From Negativicutes bacterium (GTDB taxonomy: Bacteria; Bacillota; Negativicutes; UBA1444), in assembly GCA_963665275.2 (NCBI GenBank), contig CAXXIN010000019.1, forward strand, positions 1-64,000: 64,000 nucleotides of DNA, written 5' to 3'. Each line of letters opens with the position of its first letter. Positions within the stretch are counted from its first letter, which is position 1. The position numbers and the translations under genes are program-made. The notes under the pieces are model-generated. The model saw only the letters and a list, made by a program, of their open reading frames with translations, did no database searches and had not been told where the DNA came from. This document shows, one piece after another, positions 28,412-41,450 of this stretch.

Positions 28412-29777
28412 CTATAGGATGCGTCCCCGTTTGAGTGAAAAATAAATACCAATGGTGGACAGGAGCGTAAAAACGACCAACGCACTCTGGGTGCTGTCCA
28501 GAATTTTGTCAACCGACTGGGAGGCCAAGGCTTCTTTGCCGCCATGCATCGCCATGATCAGCGCCACTATGGACATGCTGAGCGCCTGTCCGGACATTCG
28601 CATGGTTGCCAGAGAAGAGGCCGCAACGCCATATTTATCTTTTCCGACCGCGCCCATGATCGCATTGTTGTTGGGTGAAGAAAAAAAGGCGAACCCCAAA
28701 CCCATGAGCGCCAGTTCTCCCATGATCACAGGCAGCGTAGTCTGTTGGTCAACGAATATAAACATTAGCAGCCCCAACGTAGTGAGCGCCATGCCCCCTG
28801 ATGCGACGATCCGAGGTTCGACTTTATCGGAAAGCCGCCCGGCAAAGGGTGAAAACAGCGCCATGAGGAGCGGTTGAGAAAGCATCACTCCACCAGCGGC
28901 GCGGGCATCCAGCCCCATTACGACCTGCAGGTGAAGCGATGCCAAAAAGCCGATGGCAAAGGTTGCACTGTAATTGATCATCGCTGCCAGATTGGAAAAC
29001 GCAAAGGTCGGATTCTCCGTGAACAGCCTGATCTCGAGCAAGGGGTGGTCACGCCGGAGCTCATAGCGGACAAATCCGGTCAACAGCAAAAATCCGGTCC
29101 CCAGCAGCAATCGGGGAAACAGGCCGTCGACCAAAAAGGCAAAACCATACAGAGAACTTACCATGCCGAACATGTAAAGAAAGCAACCCACAGTATCGAA
29201 TCGTTCTCCGGCTGCGGCAGAGGGTTCTTTGCGCAGAAAACGATACGCCATGGCAAAGACCAGAAACCCAAGTATGGCGCTCAGCCAGAAGATAAACCGC
29301 CAGCCCAGATGAAAGCTGATCAGGCCGCCTACTACCGGACCGGCCGATAGCCCGACATAGGTCGCTGCCGTAGCGAAACCGAGCGCTTTGCCCCCGACTT
29401 TCAGGAGGATAAACTGCGGCAAGGAGGGCAATTCCGGTGCTGAAAATGAAAGAAGCCCCGATTCCCTGAATCACCCGCATAAAAATAAGCCCGGCTATGG
29501 AGTCGACAGTGCCGCATAACAGGGTTGCAGCCGAAAATACGAAAATCCCGGTTTTATAGACGCGACTACGGCCGTTGATGTCCGCGAATCGGCCGGCTGG
29601 CAGCAGACAGGTGGCAGTGGCGAGGATATAGCTGGTAGCGACCCAACTAAGGACTGTCGCACTGGAAGAAAATTCACCGCCGATCGTAGGAATGGCAATG
29701 TTGAGGGCACTCCCCATAAAAGGTGTAACAAAGGATGTCGCTGTGACGATCAGTAATACAATTTTTTCATAAGCCAA
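28412..29777 (-). pseudogene. DHA2-type MFS transporter split by a one-base frameshift (pseudogene or sequencing error)
   Basis: N-part ...YPPESRG and C-part KALGFATAATYVG join if one base is removed from the C5 run at 29391-29395. Confidence 0.8.
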
Positions 29778-29808
29778 AATATAATGATTCCCCTCACAGC
29801 AAATAACA

Positions 29809-31023
29809 TTAAAACATTTCTATGTCGACGATTTCCCCGGCGCCTACTATAGCGCAGTCGGCCTCAAGCCGCAGCATTCCATCAGCTTGCGACAACGCCG
29901 AAATCAGGCTGGCGCCCCGGGGAAGTACTGTTGCCTCAGCGCAAGGACTCCCCTGTTTCATTGTCACCCTGAGGTACTCCTCCACTCCCGGCTTGGAATG
30001 AATATCCTGTGAAATCCTTGCCCGAACAATCCGCTTCTCCGGCGGATGTGCACCTTGAAATTCATACAGTAGCTCATGCAGAAACAGCTGGGCTGTGAGC
30101 ATACACGATACGGGATACCCCGGCAGTCCGATTACAGGCTTGCCGCCCACCACGGCCAGCAGCACGGGACGACCGGGACGAATGGCCACCCCCTGACAAC
30201 AGACCTGCCCCAGGATGCCCAGCACGGGTCCGGTAAAGTCTTCCGTGCCGTTCGAAGTCCCCGCATTCGTCACCACCAGATCGCTCACTTCCAGGGAACT
30301 GAGGATTGCTTCCCTGAGAGCCTCCGGAACATCATGGACGATGGGGTGACGCAGCACAACAGCTCCCCAACCGGAAATCAAAGCAGACAGCATCGGAGAA
30401 TTGATATCCCGGATAAAACCGGGCTTCAATTTTTCAGCCGAGTCGACGATTTCGTCGCCTGTCGGTATTACCGTAACCCGTGGCTTCGCCTTCACCAGTA
30501 TCCTGTCCCCGCCAGCTGCCAGAGCCGACGCTATATCGGCAGGACTGATAACACGACCGGCCGGCAGCACCAGCGCGCCAACGGCAATGTCTTCGCCGAC
30601 TTGGCGAACATGCTGCCCTGGCAATATAGCGGAACAAATTTCAATTTCACCGTCCTGCCAGCCAACATGTTCCTTCATGATCACGCTGTCTGCTCCAGGC
30701 GGCAAGGCATCGCCCGTATTAACTGTAACAGCGGTTCCTTCCGTTACGGCTTCATTCCCGGATTCGAGTCGGAGGAGAATCGGCGAATCGGTCGTTGCGG
30801 CCCGGGTATCGGCAGAACAAATCGCAAAGCCGTCCATCGCCGAACCGGCATAATGCGGCACCGACCGGACGGCTATGACGCTCTCAGCCGTCACTCGCCC
30901 CATCGCCTCTGTCACAGCCACTTCTTCCGGCGCGCAGGTTCCAAACCATCCGGCCTGAATCAGTGCCGCGCGCCATTTTGCGGCAGCTTCCTGGCGTGTA
31001 GGATCGCTCTGCGTCCCTATCAC
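29809..31023 (-). CDS. moeA: Molybdopterin molybdenumtransferase MoeA (second copy)
   Basis: SAMDGFA, TGD.LP.GADSVIMKE, TGDEI, IRPGRP, GLPGYPVS; GTGA overlap with upstream moeA. Confidence 0.9.
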   Translation of the reverse strand: MIGTQSDPTRQEAAAKWRAALIQAGWFGTCAPEEVAVTEAMGRVTAESVIAVRSVPHYAGSAMDGFAICSADTRAATTDSPILLRLESGNEAVTEGTAVTVNTGDALPPGADSVIMKEHVGWQDGEIEICSAILPGQHVRQVGEDIAVGALVLPAGRVISPADIASALAAGGDRILVKAKPRVTVIPTGDEIVDSAEKLKPGFIRDINSPMLSALISGWGAVVLRHPIVHDVPEALREAILSSLEVSDLVVTNAGTSNGTEDFTGPVLGILGQVCCQGVAIRPGRPVLLAVVGGKPVIGLPGYPVSCMLTAQLFLHELLYEFQGAHPPEKRIVRARISQDIHSKPGVEEYLRVTMKQGSPCAEATVLPRGASLISALSQADGMLRLEADCAIVGAGEIVDIEMF

Positions 31024-32291
31024 CTTAGCACCCCCTGCCACATCCCGTTCACCCGATCCATCACGACCTGTACCGCCACGGAATCCCCGATCTGCATGGG
31101 CGCCTGCCCCGCCTTGACATAGATCAGTCCCTGCGCCCGCGACATAGTGGTGATCAGTCCTGATTTTGCCGGCAAGGGCCAGGCTACCACTTTATCCGGA
31201 CGCTGTTCCAGGCGAACGCGGATTATTTCGTCCCGTTCTAAATCAGTGCGCAACGGGGCGCCCAACTCTGTCTCAATGACAAATCGCGTCGAAGCGGTTT
31301 TGATTCCTTGCCTGGCATACAACGCCGGTTCCACGATTTCCTGAAACACTGTCGCCGCCGCCACCGTATGTCCCGGCAGTCCGAACAGGACCGTATCTCC
31401 TGCCACAGCCATCAAGGTCGGTTTGCCGGGCTTCAGGGCAATTCCATGAAATAATATTTTTACATCCGGCAGCGCCTGCACGGCGGTCGTGGTAAAATCC
31501 CTTTCACCCACAGAGCTGCCGCCGGAAACCAAAACCACATCCGATTCGGCCACTGCAGCTATCAATACCGTCAACAATCCGTCCTGGGAATCCGGCACTC
31601 TTTTGCTCAGACGAACTTCGCATCCGGCGTTTTCAGCCAGCGCACACAACGTGAACGAGTTGACGTCGCGGATCTGTCCCGGCAGAGGAATAGTGTCAGG
31701 CGAAACGATTTCATCCCCGGTCGACACCACCGTCACAACTGGCTTTTTAACGACCGTGACCCGATCGAAACCGCACGCGGCCAAAATGCCGATATCCGGA
31801 ACGCCGATTCGATTGCCCGCCCGGAGCACCACTGTTCCAGCCGGTGCATCGTCCCCGCGCAGAATCGTGTTCTCTCCGACCGACACGGATCGCATTACCT
31901 GCAGTTGCCCCTCGCCGCTGAAGCGGGTCCATTCCTGCATCACCACTGCGTCAGCACCCTCCGGCAGCATCCCGCCGGTTGGAATCCGCACTGCCTGGCC
32001 GGTCGTGATTTGGACCATCGCAGATCTGCCCATCCGGACTTCACCGACAATGGCGAAATTCACCGGTTCCGTTGGAGATGCAGACTGCACTTCCGAACTG
32101 CGAAGCGCGTAACCGTCGACAGTCGAACGATCAAAAGCAGGACTGTCTTCACTACTGATGACATCGACTGCGGCCACCCGGCCCAGCGCCTCCCGTAAAG
32201 ACACTACCTCCGTCTTGCGGCCGAGTGTGTTCATAAATCGAATCGCCTGAGCACGGGCTGCTTCCGGCGCTATTAATTCCCAAGGTTTCAT
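31020..32291 (-). CDS. moeA: Molybdopterin molybdenumtransferase MoeA
   Basis: FDRSTVDGYA, TGGMLPEGADAVVMQE, STGDE, SGGSSVGERD, KPGKP, GLPGH. Confidence 0.92.
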   Translation of the reverse strand: MKPWELIAPEAARAQAIRFMNTLGRKTEVVSLREALGRVAAVDVISSEDSPAFDRSTVDGYALRSSEVQSASPTEPVNFAIVGEVRMGRSAMVQITTGQAVRIPTGGMLPEGADAVVMQEWTRFSGEGQLQVMRSVSVGENTILRGDDAPAGTVVLRAGNRIGVPDIGILAACGFDRVTVVKKPVVTVVSTGDEIVSPDTIPLPGQIRDVNSFTLCALAENAGCEVRLSKRVPDSQDGLLTVLIAAVAESDVVLVSGGSSVGERDFTTTAVQALPDVKILFHGIALKPGKPTLMAVAGDTVLFGLPGHTVAAATVFQEIVEPALYARQGIKTASTRFVIETELGAPLRTDLERDEIIRVRLEQRPDKVVAWPLPAKSGLITTMSRAQGLIYVKAGQAPMQIGDSVAVQVVMDRVNGMWQGVLR

Positions 32292-32324
32292 ACCAGATTC
32301 CTCCAATATAGTTCACATCAGCCT

Positions 32325-33327
32325 TTATGGCCCAAAGATGCTTTGACGTCCTTTCAGCAGACACTCGAAACAGGTCAGCTGTTGTCCAGCCGGTTTGAAG
32401 GGCTGTCCGCATTCGTTGCAATGAGGAAACTGGGCAGTCCGTAGTAGTTGCCCCACCGCTTTCCCTTCCGGCGTCAGGGCGATGGCGTTTACCGGGCAAT
32501 GGGCTATGCACAGGCCGCAACCAGTGCATAACAAAGGGGCGTGCCACAATTCCACGCCAGTCTCGTTCTCAATGCCTGATATCGCCTGTGTCGGACAAAT
32601 TTTGGCGCACAAAGCGCAGGCAATGCAACCGGGTGCAATCTCCAGCGTAGGGAATACTTCCTGTTTTTCAGCCAACAATGCGCCGCCGCGATCTTGCAGC
32701 CCCTCCGAGCGCCACCGGGCCTTCGGCAGAGGGGCGGTATCTGCTTCAGGCCACATCACGTTGCGGGCCGTTTCCACACCGGTTGAGAAAAGCGAGGTAA
32801 AAAAAGACCGCCGGTTCATGGCCGCAGTTTCCTTCACTGAAGCAGGAGGTTTTTCTCCTAACAACACGCGTCCGCTGCCCAGGCGAGCCAGGAATCGGTT
32901 CGCACGGTCCATTTCCCGGTTCAGGTTCTCCGCTACAGGGGTCCGACACTCCTGGCAATGGGAGGAATAGATGAATATGTCACGCCCTTGCGCCGTCTTC
33001 GGCCATGCCAGAGCCACCAAATCGCGCGCATTCAGGAATCCGAGGCAGGGACCAGGGGCCCGTTCCATAACGTCGGCAGGAAAGGTGCAATGGGTCTTCC
33101 GTTCGTTCGGTCGCCTCTTTCCAGGCCGATACAGGAAGGCCTTCGACGCCGATGGCATCCACGGGACAAACCGACAGGCAGAGCCCACAGCCATTGCACC
33201 GCTCAGGCAAAGTCTGACCGGTTTCATCCCAGCAGCCCTGGGGACAGATATTCCGGCAGTTGTGACATTCCGTCCTTTTATAGTTATAATTAAGGCAACG
33301 GTCTTCATCAATAATAAAGTAACCCAT
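32325..33327 (-). pseudogene. Multi-[4Fe-4S] ferredoxin-domain protein split by a one-base frameshift
   Basis: Four CxxCxxCxxxCP-type motifs across two frames, joined at GTGPWS|CLGFL (run at 33048-33050); internal NRRSFF; start uncertain. Confidence 0.75.
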
Positions 33328-33448
33328 TCGGAATGTTTCGATACTCCCGGGAAGATGTCCTGCCAAAAAAACAAGATAACTTTTTGTTCATACAAGGATT
33401 CCTAAAAATTTTGGCGAATAATAAAATGAATACTGAAAGGATTTGTTT

Positions 33449-34354
33449 ATGCTGAAAGCTTGGTTTGTCGCGATGCGGCCCTGGTCCTTCACTGCCTCCT
33501 TCGTCCCTGTGGCAGTGGGAACAGCGCTCGCTTGGGCTCAGGGTTTTTTCAACCCATGGTTGTTTTTGTTTACTGCGCTCGGAGGAATGTCCATCCAGGC
33601 CGGGACCAACTTCATCAATACCTATGGAGACTATCGTTCTGGCGTCGATACGGTCGCTTCCGCAATAACCTGTCCCCAGCTTGTCAACGGTTCTATGAAA
33701 CCGGCCGACATGAAGAGGGCAGGCCTATTTGCGTTCGGCTTCGCGGGGACCATCGGGCTCGGATTATCTTGGCACAGCGGCTGGGAAGTCCTGGTGGTAG
33801 GCCTCGTGGGAATTTTGGGCGGCTACGCCTATACTGCAGGCCCTTTTCCGTACAAATACCGCGGCCTCGGAACAATTCTCGTTTTTTTCCTCATGGGCCC
33901 GATGATGGCCTGGCCCGCCTGGTTCATCCAGACCGGCAGCTACAGCTGGACTCCCCTGCTCGCCGCCATCCCCGTCGGGTGTCTGGTTTCGGCCATTCTG
34001 AACGGCAATGATGTCCGCGATATCGAACATGACCGTGCCGCCGGCATCATTACCCTCGCCACCCAACTCGGCTTTAACAACAGTCTGCAACTGCAGCGGC
34101 GTCTGTTTTGGATTGCCTTCTGCTCCTTATTAGCCCTGGTCGCACTGAAAGTACTCCCCGTTCCAGCTCTGCTGCCATTCATCCTCCTGCCGATTTTTCG
34201 CCAGAACCTGCTTCTCATCAAAAAAGCGGAAGCAGGAATCACTGCACCCTTGCTCCAATTGGAAGCAACGGCGGCAGGATTTCATTTTCAGTTTGGAATT
34301 TTATTGGCCGCGGGATTGATCTTTCATCCCTGGTTGGCCGGGAAAGGGTTATAG
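33449..34354 (+). CDS. menA: 1,4-dihydroxy-2-naphthoate polyprenyltransferase (UbiA family)
   Basis: RPWSF.AS, N..NTYGDY..GVD, YTAGPFPYKY.GLG, NDVRDIEHD..AG..TLA. Confidence 0.9.
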   Translation: MLKAWFVAMRPWSFTASFVPVAVGTALAWAQGFFNPWLFLFTALGGMSIQAGTNFINTYGDYRSGVDTVASAITCPQLVNGSMKPADMKRAGLFAFGFAGTIGLGLSWHSGWEVLVVGLVGILGGYAYTAGPFPYKYRGLGTILVFFLMGPMMAWPAWFIQTGSYSWTPLLAAIPVGCLVSAILNGNDVRDIEHDRAAGIITLATQLGFNNSLQLQRRLFWIAFCSLLALVALKVLPVPALLPFILLPIFRQNLLLIKKAEAGITAPLLQLEATAAGFHFQFGILLAAGLIFHPWLAGKGL

Positions 34355-34357
34355 ACG

Positions 34358-34963
34358 ATGCAGGCGCTCGGGTTCACACTGCTGTTGGCAGTTTTTTTCT
34401 GGTTTGTGACATTTTCGCTGCAATGGTTCAATTTTTGGCTGTCCATGTGTATTGCCGTCTCAATTCTTACGGCACTGGCTTTACAGCTTGGCGGCAACCC
34501 TTTTTCCCGCAGGGATTGGAACGCGCGGGCCGTTTTTTCGGGTGTCGCTGCTGCGGCCGCTCTGTATGCTATTTTTTGGCTTGGCAACAGCCTGTCTCAA
34601 GTTCTGTTTCACTTCGCCAAACCGCAGATCGCTTCGATCTATGGCATCCGGACCCAGGGTGAAGCCGTCGTGATGGCGCTTATCCTGCTGTTCATCACCA
34701 GTCCCGGGGAAGAGATCTTCTGGCGCGGTTTCGTCCAACGACGCCTGGTTCAACACTTCGGCGCACGGCGAGGCTGGTTATTCGCTTCGGCGGTATATGC
34801 AGCAGTGCATATTGCCTCAGGAAATTTCATGCTCACGATGGCTGCGCTCATAGCCGGGCTATTCTGGGGATGGCTTTACCAACGGGAACAAAACCTGGTT
34901 CCCTGTATCGTGTCCCACGCCCTTTGGACCGTAACCATTTTTATTTGGCTTCCCATTTCGTGA
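34358..34963 (+). CDS. CPBP (Abi/CAAX) intramembrane metalloprotease
   Basis: EEIFWRG, Y...H, SHALW motifs. Confidence 0.88.
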   Translation: MQALGFTLLLAVFFWFVTFSLQWFNFWLSMCIAVSILTALALQLGGNPFSRRDWNARAVFSGVAAAAALYAIFWLGNSLSQVLFHFAKPQIASIYGIRTQGEAVVMALILLFITSPGEEIFWRGFVQRRLVQHFGARRGWLFASAVYAAVHIASGNFMLTMAALIAGLFWGWLYQREQNLVPCIVSHALWTVTIFIWLPIS

Positions 34964-34994
34964 GAGTCAGTTGAGTATCAAAGGAGACGAACGC

Positions 34995-35789
34995 ATGAAT
35001 CTTTCACCCATTTATGCCCCGGTCCAGTCACTGCTGGAAGCGGCCGAGGCGGAAATTACCCGTTTGGTCCACGATTTTGGCGAACCGGAAGTTCGCGAGG
35101 TGCTCGGCCAGTTCCTGTCTCATCCAGGAAAAAGGATTCGGCCGGCGCTGCTCTTTCTCTCCGCCGGTGCAGGCAACCCCGATACACAAACTCCGCCGCC
35201 GTTTCTGGTCAAAGCCGCAACCGCTTTTGAACTGGTTCACAGTGCCAGCCTGGTCCACGATGATATAATCGACGTCTCCGACTCGCGCCGGGGCGTGCCG
35301 ACAGTCAACGGACGTTTCGGCAACACCGTCGCGGTACTGGCAGGCGACATCCTTTACGCACAAGCCTTCCTGATGCTTTCCGGCAATGTGCCGATCTTCC
35401 GGATCATCCTGGATGTGACCAAACACATGTGTATGGGAGAAATTCACCAGATGCGGGCCAAAGAAATGACCGAAGATCTTTATTTCAAAGTCATCGAAAG
35501 CAAAACGGCGCATCTGATGTCAGCCAGCTGCGAAGTAGGCGCGACCCTATCCGGAGCTTCGCCTGAAACGGTGGAAGCGTTGCGCGAATTCGGCCGCCGC
35601 TTCGGCTTTTTGTACCAGCTCGTGGATGACTGGCAGGACGGTGACGCCCCTGTGACAAACTTCCACTTCGCAGGACAAATCGAGCGCCAACGGGTTTTGG
35701 CCCGGGAAAGCCTCAATAACGTCCCCGAATCGTCCTACCGCACCGCACTGCTGGGGTTTGTCGATGAACTGGCTGCCGTAGCCCTCTAA
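34995..35789 (+). CDS. Polyprenyl diphosphate synthase (HepT/IspB-like, short)
   Basis: GKRIRP, ELVHSASLVHDDIID..RRG, AVLAGD, KTA.L, YQLVDDWQD. Confidence 0.88.
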   Translation: MNLSPIYAPVQSLLEAAEAEITRLVHDFGEPEVREVLGQFLSHPGKRIRPALLFLSAGAGNPDTQTPPPFLVKAATAFELVHSASLVHDDIIDVSDSRRGVPTVNGRFGNTVAVLAGDILYAQAFLMLSGNVPIFRIILDVTKHMCMGEIHQMRAKEMTEDLYFKVIESKTAHLMSASCEVGATLSGASPETVEALREFGRRFGFLYQLVDDWQDGDAPVTNFHFAGQIERQRVLARESLNNVPESSYRTALLGFVDELAAVAL

Positions 35790-35807
35790 ATTTAGGGATA
35801 TATATAC

Positions 35808-35854
35808 GAAAGCCTCCTGCGTAGAATTTGAATTTCTACATCAGGAGGCTTTTT

Positions 35855-35855
<1 letters not shown>
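35808..35855. terminator. Terminator between convergent polyprenyl synthase and glpK
   Basis: gaaagcctcctg...caggaggctttttt. Confidence 0.75.
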
Positions 35856-38146
<2,291 letters not shown>

Positions 38147-38155
38147 AACCATACC

Positions 38156-38620
38156 TTACATCCGACCCACAACGGAAGACATGTGACCGCACCATTCAGC
38201 GGTTTCGCGGAATACGTCCCTGAGCAGATAATAGTACAGGCTTTCGGCGAACGCAGCCGTCGCCTGCTCGGACAGAAGCGCCCCCATGTCCTCGGACAGG
38301 GGCGTTTCCAACTTTGAGCCCAAAACCCAACTTACAGGCCCAACAGCATATTCTTTCCAGCTGTAAACAGTCCGCCAATTATCTGCAAAGGCGAACGTGG
38401 TTTCCAGCTGTTTCTTTACCATAAATACTTTGGAGCCCAGCGGGTCCAACAATACCCCAAGGTTCTTTGCATCAGCGCGTGCACTAGAAGAGCAAAACCT
38501 ATCAACCCAGACAACATCAATGTTGTCGGCAGTCGCCGCCGCACAGTCAAACCCTGCATACTGCCATATTTTCTGTTCCGCCGCGGACATGCCCGGCGCC
38601 AATAGCACGAACCGCTTCAT
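38156..38620 (-). CDS. Hypothetical protein (154 aa)
   Basis: Fills the gap, has a G-rich RBS and a sigmaH-like promoter; no recognisable motif. Confidence 0.65.
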   Translation of the reverse strand: MKRFVLLAPGMSAAEQKIWQYAGFDCAAATADNIDVVWVDRFCSSSARADAKNLGVLLDPLGSKVFMVKKQLETTFAFADNWRTVYSWKEYAVGPVSWVLGSKLETPLSEDMGALLSEQATAAFAESLYYYLLRDVFRETAEWCGHMSSVVGRM

Positions 38621-38848
38621 CGACCACCCTGCTCCCCCTTACTTTACGCGTCTATCCTGTAATGTAAATAATTTCGACAATATTCAGCCATTCCCTGCTC
38701 CTGTGCAGTTGCCGGGAGAACAATTACGGTACAATGCTTGCACTTGGGAGTACCCCTCAAATTATAGTTGGCGCCGAGAGAACAAAAGCAATTATACTAA
38801 TGATGTCAATCCAACAGAAAGTTGCCCAAGGAGGAACGAGATTCACCC

Positions 38849-39496
38849 ATGATACGAATTCACAACAACTCCGATACGGTCTTTATCGTGGTGCATGAAA
38901 TCTATGGAATCAATGCACACATTACGGGGGTCTGTGACAGGCTGGCAAAAACCAAAGCCGACGTGCTGTGCCCGAATCTGCTCGGCAACAGACATGAGCC
39001 CTTTCATTACACTGAAGAGCTGGATGCCTATCAATATTTTATGCAAAATGTCGGGTTTGCTTCAGCGCAAGAGCAAATCGAAACGCTGGTTCGAGGCGTA
39101 CGGGATCAGTATCGTTATTGCTTTGTCATAGGCTACAGTATTGGCGCGACTATCGCTTGGCTTTGCAGCCGCCAGGCAGACTTATGCAGCGGAGTCATAG
39201 GAATATATGGTTCACGCATACGGGATTATACGACTCAGGAAGCGCAATGCCCGGTATTGCTTTGCTTTCCCCGCGTGGAAGAGAGTTTCGATGTGGCGGA
39301 GTTAGTCGAAGCTCTCGCAGGCAAAATCAACGTGAATCTGATCAAAGCTGATGCACTACATGGCTTTGCCGATCCTTTGTCTGAGAAATACTGTGCGGCG
39401 GAAAACGAAACGCTGTGGAGGAAAATATTCACATTCATCGAAGCACAGAAGGAGAACGCACCCATGAAACTAATCCAAGCAATTGAAAGTCGCTAG
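38849..39496 (+). CDS. Dienelactone hydrolase-family protein
   Basis: HEIYGIN, GYSIGAT, YGSRIRDY, HGFAD. Confidence 0.85.
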   Translation: MIRIHNNSDTVFIVVHEIYGINAHITGVCDRLAKTKADVLCPNLLGNRHEPFHYTEELDAYQYFMQNVGFASAQEQIETLVRGVRDQYRYCFVIGYSIGATIAWLCSRQADLCSGVIGIYGSRIRDYTTQEAQCPVLLCFPRVEESFDVAELVEALAGKINVNLIKADALHGFADPLSEKYCAAENETLWRKIFTFIEAQKENAPMKLIQAIESR

Positions 39497-39727
39497 AACA
39501 AACGTCAGCCGATGGATGGCGCAGTATCAGTCTTTTGGATCAGAGGTGCTACAAGACACTTGCAGAAAGCAGCCCTATTCGCGACGCTGAAAGAAGCGGC
39601 CGTACTGGATTATTTATCGGGTTACAATTTGAAAATGGAGCTTTGCGAAAAATACGAGTGTAGAAATCAAATGACATACGGAAAACGGTATGATAAAATT
39701 CTTTTGTATATGGAAATTGTGGGGTAA

Positions 39728-41311
39728 TTGTCAACAATTATGGAACAAAAGTTGCTAACCATCATACTCTTGTATGGTACTGTTGTGGGAACACTCAATG
39801 TATTCAGCAGCTCCTGTTTGAATATGGGGCCAATTATTGTAGGCATATGCGCTATCAGCGCTTTATTTTATTGTGCTCTATTTTTTGTGGCGAAGAATAA
39901 GCAAAAACATAAACTTGTGGTGGTACTTTCTCTTTCTTTCACCTACTTGGTTCTTGTTCCAACCATCTGGATATTCAACGGAGGGACATGGGGATTCAAC
40001 GGGGCATACATCATATTAGTTTCCTCTTGCTCGGCCATATTATGCAGAGGAAAGAGTCGCATCGCAGCGATCGGCAGCCTATTAATCATCTCAAGTTTCT
40101 TAATTTATCTTGAATATATACACCCAGAGATGATAGTCGCTTACGAAACAAAGTTTGCGAGATATCAAGATATTTACACCACTATACTTATGGTTATTAT
40201 CGCTAATGCGATGCTATTTGGCCTTATTCTGCGTGAGTACGATCAAGAACACTCTGATTTGGAAAAATCTCGCATTGAACTCCTACACTTGAGCTACTAT
40301 GATACCCTCACAGGGATATACAACAGAACTTTTTTTATCAAAGAACTCAAAGAGGAGAAATATCTTCATGGTGGAGGTATAGCACTCTTTGTCGTCGATA
40401 CTGATGGGCTAAAATTCATTAATGATACATTTGGTCATGCGCAAGGGGACAAATTGCTTGTGCAAACGGCCCAATGTCTAAAAGATATTTTTACTGACAA
40501 AGGCATTATTTGTAGAACTGGTGGAGATGAATTTGCTGTGCTGCTCCAGGACCTTACGCTTGACGATGCCGAAAACTATCATAAAAGCCTGCAAGAAAGA
40601 GTTCAAAATGAAAGTCAAGAAAAATTGATAAATGCAAGCCCCTTGCAAATGTCGGTTGGTTATGCCTATTCAGACGAAATCGGGGTCAATCTTGAAGAGC
40701 TTCTTCTAAAGGCGGACAATAAGATGTATCGCCAAAAATTGAGTAAGCATATTGGCGGCAAAGGAGCCATCATTCATACGATTCAGCAAGTAATGTCAGC
40801 TCGTGATATCGATACAGGAAAGCATGTTGGCAGAGTAAAACAGTTAATTGAAGATTTTGCTGGAATAGTTGGAGTTCCCGAGTCGGAGATTGCTGAATTA
40901 CAATTGCTAGCCGAGTTTCATGACATTGGCAAGGTTGGTATTCCAGACCAAATATTAAATAAACCGGGCCCCTTGTCCACAGAAGAACGCGAAATAATGG
41001 AACGGCATGCTGAGATTGGCTACAACATTGCAAAGACATCGCGAGAATTGTTTCCTGTTGCTCAATGGATACTGGAACATCATGAGCGGTGGGATGGAAA
41101 GGGATATCCCTTGGGCACTGCCCGAGATGCGATTCCTCTTGCAAGTCGCATATTGGCAATTGTTGATGCATTTGACGCAATGCTAAGTAATCGCCCGTAT
41201 CGGGCGGCTATGAGTAAAGATAGTGCATTAAGTGAGTTAGAAAAACATGCTGGAAGCCAGTTTGACCCTGTATTAACCAAACAATTTGTTGCATATGTGC
41301 GATTAGTATAA
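39728..41311 (+). CDS. Membrane-anchored GGDEF plus HD-GYP c-di-GMP enzyme
   Basis: N-terminal TM helices; DTLTG, INDTFGH, RTGGDEF; HDIGK, HHERWDGKGYP. Confidence 0.92.
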   Translation: MSTIMEQKLLTIILLYGTVVGTLNVFSSSCLNMGPIIVGICAISALFYCALFFVAKNKQKHKLVVVLSLSFTYLVLVPTIWIFNGGTWGFNGAYIILVSSCSAILCRGKSRIAAIGSLLIISSFLIYLEYIHPEMIVAYETKFARYQDIYTTILMVIIANAMLFGLILREYDQEHSDLEKSRIELLHLSYYDTLTGIYNRTFFIKELKEEKYLHGGGIALFVVDTDGLKFINDTFGHAQGDKLLVQTAQCLKDIFTDKGIICRTGGDEFAVLLQDLTLDDAENYHKSLQERVQNESQEKLINASPLQMSVGYAYSDEIGVNLEELLLKADNKMYRQKLSKHIGGKGAIIHTIQQVMSARDIDTGKHVGRVKQLIEDFAGIVGVPESEIAELQLLAEFHDIGKVGIPDQILNKPGPLSTEEREIMERHAEIGYNIAKTSRELFPVAQWILEHHERWDGKGYPLGTARDAIPLASRILAIVDAFDAMLSNRPYRAAMSKDSALSELEKHAGSQFDPVLTKQFVAYVRLV

Positions 41312-41450
41312 AAGGTGGTATAACCGGAAACAAAAACTATGCACCAAGCTAACAAAATCAAGCAGTTCATTGATTTAGCACTTCAATTACGGTACAATTA
41401 CAAGGTGATTTATTTCAACAGGCAATAAAAGTTAGAACGGAGGATTCACC

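Noticed and set aside
30076-31122. 348-aa plus-strand ORF
   Set aside because: Antisense to moeA; low-information composition.
39512-39727. 71-aa ORF upstream of the GGDEF gene
   Set aside because: No RBS or recognisable motif; probably intergenic.
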